NCBI GenBank assembly: GCA_964443695.1
Contig: CAYUDT010000002.1
Coordinates: forward strand, 25,040 to 89,039
Direction: 5' to 3'
Source of the DNA: an uncultured Conexibacter sp.
Lineage (GTDB): Bacteria; Actinomycetota; Thermoleophilia; Solirubrobacterales; Solirubrobacteraceae
DNA: 64,000 nucleotides
In this document: positions 61,601-64,000 of the stretch, piece after piece
Layout of the letters: each line of letters opens with the position of its first letter
How positions within the stretch are numbered: the stretch's first letter is position 1
Notes under the pieces: generated by a model
The model's database searches: none
The model's input: the letters and a program-made list of their open reading frames with translations, nothing else
Told to the model about the DNA's origin: nothing
Position numbers and translations under genes: made by a program

Positions 61601-63837
61601 TTGCCGTTCTTGCCGACGAAGCTGACCGAGGTCGTGCCGCCGGTCGTCAGGCCGAGCGTCGTGTCCTGCGGCAGGTCGAGGATCTCGCCGTCCGCCTTGA
61701 GCGTGTCGGTCTGGGCCGACAGCGTGAACGGGCCACCGGCGGTGATCGCCTGCAGGCCGAGGTTCGGCGTCGTGCGGAAGCCGATCTTCCGCAGCTGCAG
61801 CACGCGGGCCGAGATCAGGTAGTCACCACCGGTGACGTCCTGGTAGATCGCGCCCTGGCCGGCACCCGGCACGAGCGTCTCGGGGCCGTTGGAGGCGAGC
61901 AGCTCGATCTTGCCGATCGGGTCCGGGCTGACCTCCACGCCACCGTCGGACGGGTCGGCGCTGAAGGACACCGTCGTCCGGGCGGGGATGCCCTCGATGG
62001 TGCCACGGACCTTCGTCGCGCGGCCGAAGAACGGCGAGGTCTGGTCGGCGGCCAGCGTGATGCGGTCGATCCCGGAGCCGTGGCCGTCGTAGTCGACGAC
62101 GCCGCCGGCGAGGTCGAACGTCAGGTCGAGCTGATGGGGCAGCTTGTCGACGAGCGCGTCGATCGTGCGCTGCGGGTCGACGGCGCGGACGCGGAACTTC
62201 GTCGACTGCAGCGTCGCGCTGATGCGCGGCACGTCACCGAGCGAGAAGACGGCGTCCTCGATGCCGGGGATCTGGATCGCGGTCGACTGGAAGCCGGACG
62301 CGTCGGACTTCAGGTACGCGTAGGCGTCGTCGGTCAGGAACTGCGGCTCGCCGTTGGCGAAGCCGACCTTGGCCAGCCCGAGCGGGCCGCCGGTGGTGTG
62401 CACCTGGCCGCCCTCGTCGTCCTGCGACAGGGACAGCCCGGTCGGGACGTTGCGCAGGTCGAGGATCGCCTTCTGCTCCAGCGTCGTGCCGTGCAGCTGC
62501 TCGAAGGAGCCGTCGATGCGCGAGACGGGGGCCGAGGCGCCGTAGGTCGCGCTGAGGTTGCCGCCGGTGTTGGCGCTCAGCGACAGCGACGACGGCAGGT
62601 CGGTGATGTTGGCGTTGAAGCGGGTCTGGTCGGCGCCGCTGACGATCCGGCCGGTGATCTGCGCCGGGCCGGGACGGTTGGTCGTCGTGTTGATGGAGAC
62701 GGCCTGGCCGATGTTGGCGGTGATCGTCGCGCTGTCGGGCGAGCGGTCGTAGTGCAGGCGCAGCTCGGCGGGGTCGACGCGCGCCGCGGGCGTGCCGTCG
62801 AAGGCACCGGCCAGCAGCGCGATCTTCTCGCCGCGGTCGGTCTGGGCCAGCGAGGCGGTGACCGTCGGGGCGGGATGGAGGATCGTGTCCAGCGGGGTGC
62901 TGAGCACGAAGCGGCCCGGCGCGCGGTCGTCGCGGGCGTCGTAGCCGACGGCCAGCTGGCGACGGCCGAGGAGGCCGCCTTGCGGGTCGGAGATGACGGC
63001 CTCGATCGAGACGGGCTCGTCGGCGGCCTCGCCGCTGACGCGCTCGACCGTCAGGCCGACGGCGTTCAGCCCGGTGAAGGTGAGGGTGCCGATGAAGTCG
63101 GGGGTCGCGTCCTCATCGACGTCGAGCAGCGTCGGCACGCCGAGCTGCGCGGTGAAGGAGCGGGTGATCATCGACCCGTCGGCCTTCTTGAACTGCGTGA
63201 AGAACTTGTAGTCCAGGATGCCCGCGTTGCAGGCGAGGCTGGTGAGGCCGGAGACGATGGGGCTCTCGTTGAGCAGGCCGGACACCTCGGTGAGCGGCTT
63301 GCAGGTGACGCCCTGCAGGACGTTGCCCAGGCCGGCGGTGCCGCCGAGCAGCTGCCCGATCGGGGTGATCGGGTCGTAGTCGGCCGGGATCACGTTGAGC
63401 TGCTGGACCGTGCCGGTGTTGAGGACCGGGGCCAGGACCGTGTCGACCGCGGTGGACGTCGCGGTCGTGGTGTCGGCGACGACGCTGCCGACCGCCGAGG
63501 TGACGGGCTGGATGATCGAGGTCGCGGTGTTCGTGCCGGCGGTGGCCGTCGAGACGACGGGCTGCGTGACGGGAGCCACCGTGGTGGTGACGCCGCCGAC
63601 AGCAGTGCCGACAGTGGTCTGCACGCCGGTCGTGGCCGTGGTCAGCGTGTTGGTGACGCTGCCGGTGCCCGCCGCGGTGGCGGTGGACGTGACCGTGCTG
63701 ACCGTGCTGCCGACCGTGCTGGTGGTCGTCTGCACGATCTTGCCGAGCAGTCCGGCGTGTGCCGGTGCCGCCGACATGAACAGCGTTGCCACGCACGCGA
63801 AGAACGCGAGCGCGGAGCGCTTGGAAATGGCCGTCAT
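55639..63837 (-). CDS. Giant (~2730 aa) secreted acidic beta-repeat protein
   Basis: GGGAGG RBS; signal MTAISKRSALAFFACVATLFMSAAPAHA; Thr-rich N-terminus; about 11 repeats with LFGRA and GGPF motifs. Confidence 0.9.
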   Translation of the reverse strand: MTAISKRSALAFFACVATLFMSAAPAHAGLLGKIVQTTTSTVGSTVSTVTSTATAAGTGSVTNTLTTATTGVQTTVGTAVGGVTTTVAPVTQPVVSTATAGTNTATSIIQPVTSAVGSVVADTTTATSTAVDTVLAPVLNTGTVQQLNVIPADYDPITPIGQLLGGTAGLGNVLQGVTCKPLTEVSGLLNESPIVSGLTSLACNAGILDYKFFTQFKKADGSMITRSFTAQLGVPTLLDVDEDATPDFIGTLTFTGLNAVGLTVERVSGEAADEPVSIEAVISDPQGGLLGRRQLAVGYDARDDRAPGRFVLSTPLDTILHPAPTVTASLAQTDRGEKIALLAGAFDGTPAARVDPAELRLHYDRSPDSATITANIGQAVSINTTTNRPGPAQITGRIVSGADQTRFNANITDLPSSLSLSANTGGNLSATYGASAPVSRIDGSFEQLHGTTLEQKAILDLRNVPTGLSLSQDDEGGQVHTTGGPLGLAKVGFANGEPQFLTDDAYAYLKSDASGFQSTAIQIPGIEDAVFSLGDVPRISATLQSTKFRVRAVDPQRTIDALVDKLPHQLDLTFDLAGGVVDYDGHGSGIDRITLAADQTSPFFGRATKVRGTIEGIPARTTVSFSADPSDGGVEVSPDPIGKIELLASNGPETLVPGAGQGAIYQDVTGGDYLISARVLQLRKIGFRTTPNLGLQAITAGGPFTLSAQTDTLKADGEILDLPQDTTLGLTTGGTTSVSFVGKNGNGDNVGIEHLNLRAESIGGTLFGRASRVEARIDGIPSPETLSLTQAGGGIAVEAASSIDKIRLAAASRAIDFDADQPAGANQAIHYVDNSAEFVASARVLGFKKVAANISDTFSVYAETQGGVLNADLATDDLAAQATVDALPAKTTISGNLGSGQVTFKGRNSDDSDAPINAVDVTAQSTNALFGRAKDFDIHVGDIPADLTVDFADNGEGVGVTADRAVGLVELGASSEAITDRAALLPAGNEMGVRYEDRAAQPFVIGARVRQFKKARVQTGMPIAISTETESGPFDVQFATDDLSAHARIEDLPSQLNASLNLDAGKLIVNNSAELNRVLVDATSTNALFGRATNVHADVRGIPAAFTVDFAQNGDGVGVSTDDPIQSIEVAAGNHAFDATTDLPANNEQGVIFKDNSGGDYVLGARVRKLKTARVSTGTPITIKTETEGGPFTLDVDTDDLQADGRIEDLPETLNASLNLDQGKLVVNNSAALARILVNAHSTSPLFGRAKYVHADIKGIPAAFTVDFAENGDGVGVSTDDPIDSIEVAAANRAIDLGTDLPPTGEQGINYTDVSGGDYAIGARVLKLKKARLVASTPLRLSVETAGGPFTLHANTDDLTGNAVIHDLPAKLDASIDLDAGKLTVNGRDADGNLQRIDSVHVDLQSATPVFGNATNIVANITDIPGDMDLDIAQDAAGVRLDAHDNPIGQLEIAASDHPIDLATALPAGMGATYHDNPGDFLLAARVNQLKLVNVSLSDNINLVLKTAGGPFDIDVDTADLDATGYLHDLPDSVDIGLDPDSGEVHYAGSAAIEDVYLAVASPEPFFANARRFSLAIKHLVKDVSINLAASGTGGGIVNNTPDPIESIQLLASSDPAPQPFPASIADGEQGAVYHDNAGDFLLAARLLDLRSLTFGLAGDSIGLNANLRSTPFSIDLDASGVNATARIEDLPAKTSLNFDLANGHFGYTGKDQDDTPVGLDSITFGAHAPASAPLFGAATKLAGKILNVPPTIDVGFDQDSGAATITTDGGAIGELSFLASNDDNADFRTNQGITFRDVTPSGGDREFNLSAKVLGLSHLTAGLQGLGGDDPETPEVESGSILLDAKTAGGRFDLDIASDAFSATGVIDQLPPVARVEANLGDGQVSFNGSAGIDQLQLSAFSNDALFGRADHLDVDIHGLPQSVTLGIAQSDDPAAAGGTGASLVATDADGNPVTITSVEVAAWNASSGKQVPAAGDQGVVYVDKDDDGDETNGNGGDFAIGARILQLQSLVADFGDALTLQTKTAGGPFRAHIDTAAFGGDVAILDLPSEFNLTANLADTAVEVSPGNSVDPGTISYSGNATIGQLTADVTSEEPLIGDANAFKINLEGLPAAAAIGVAPDSGKLSLNAGGGQISKVELFAKDAASSFPTVPGPATGDGAFLDDTDGHFRLAARIFDLQLVEVTLDPIALHTKVGSSRPFNADIKLAPAADAEPGTQPIHATMGIINLPAELTVGIADLPSTVPDPENPGQFLSGGSKLSLQSTANVSQVTINADGLELLPGAEGVGADLRGVPKTFSLTLPDTEVVTGQPLATLAVDPGQQIDELRLAAGGVHLTDAGMTSGGSTDQFIYHGDEANFGVGVKLTGVKGLSMNLDPINLAIDQNATTTKPINIDASLPQTDDNGNPIAPSVITGLLNKPTGHTEVGVTLPVDGATTPQPTTLNLRNGAVGTPVSPGNANQTMASLTLNLTNLGDIPSASFSLTKVPQILKACLATDGSCIRTDSAHSTTNLGTSNPSGNCTGSQTAGNFPTGMSPAAFRPYNPQTSLYFDDQNTSTFSDGVNSANNRNINNMITMNANIGLATGPVIINNMRFHNISLDFADSGTSFTFKPIVSISAGQVPRIYLYIDSQKYPFVLNDVRVPPSIPKLVMGNDSNPARAFKRIAWITGAVRGSVLGCGVSQNITTVAQNSLDCGGAKQLDISTSLGTLNAFNLPLFGDVLNICGGSVPTS

Positions 63838-64000
63838 GACCACGTGCCTCCCTGAACCATTGAATGAACCCCGGGCCGCCTTTTCTGACTCCCCCCGGAG
63901 TCAGACGGCCTCGCGAACGGGGATACAACCGCTCAGCAGACGCGCTGTCAAGAGTTAGGACGCTCGTCCCAGAAATTCTTTTTTCGGCGCGAGAGGCGAC

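Noticed and set aside
55021..63855. 2944-aa plus-strand ORF
   Set aside because: Antisense shadow of the giant minus-strand gene; high-GC codon bias removes stops, and the product has no motifs
63884..63905. 6C RNA
   Set aside because: Only one C-rich hairpin loop; 6C RNA needs two adjacent ones

Overview
High-GC actinobacterial chromosomal window. The gene style suggests Thermoleophilia/Solirubrobacterales, which is an inference from many secreted beta-rich proteins with basic tails. From left to right: an Atu-like acyl-CoA carboxylase operon with a divergent TetR; a Tat PhoD-like phosphatase; an SDR; a CAP/IPT secreted protein; two ECF sigma modules; a DsbA-family gene; an intergenic REP/REPIN-like palindrome cluster; a TetR plus MGT-type glycosyltransferase; and a GH29 fucosidase. 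Next is an ~8.3 kb integrative mobilizable element at tRNA-Asp, with a 44-bp att duplication, tyrosine integrase, excisionase, BrnT-like toxin-antitoxin pair and a MobF relaxase broken by one in-frame TAG. The rest holds a BNR/YCF48 protein, glycosyltransferases, a Tat small subunit plus GMC oxidoreductase, tRNA-Val, a DUF305 lipoprotein behind a candidate RAGP ribosome-arrest leader, purT, an ~1800-aa Ig-rich secreted protein, an acyl-CoA ligase, a DUF11 protein and an ~2730-aa acidic protein built of ~160-aa beta repeats. The most interesting signals are the RAGP leader with an RBS-adjacent stem, a shared Arg/Lys-rich C-terminal module on seven unrelated secreted proteins, the giant repeat protein and the architecture of the tRNA-Asp element. 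All family calls come from motif recognition by eye; no searches were run.
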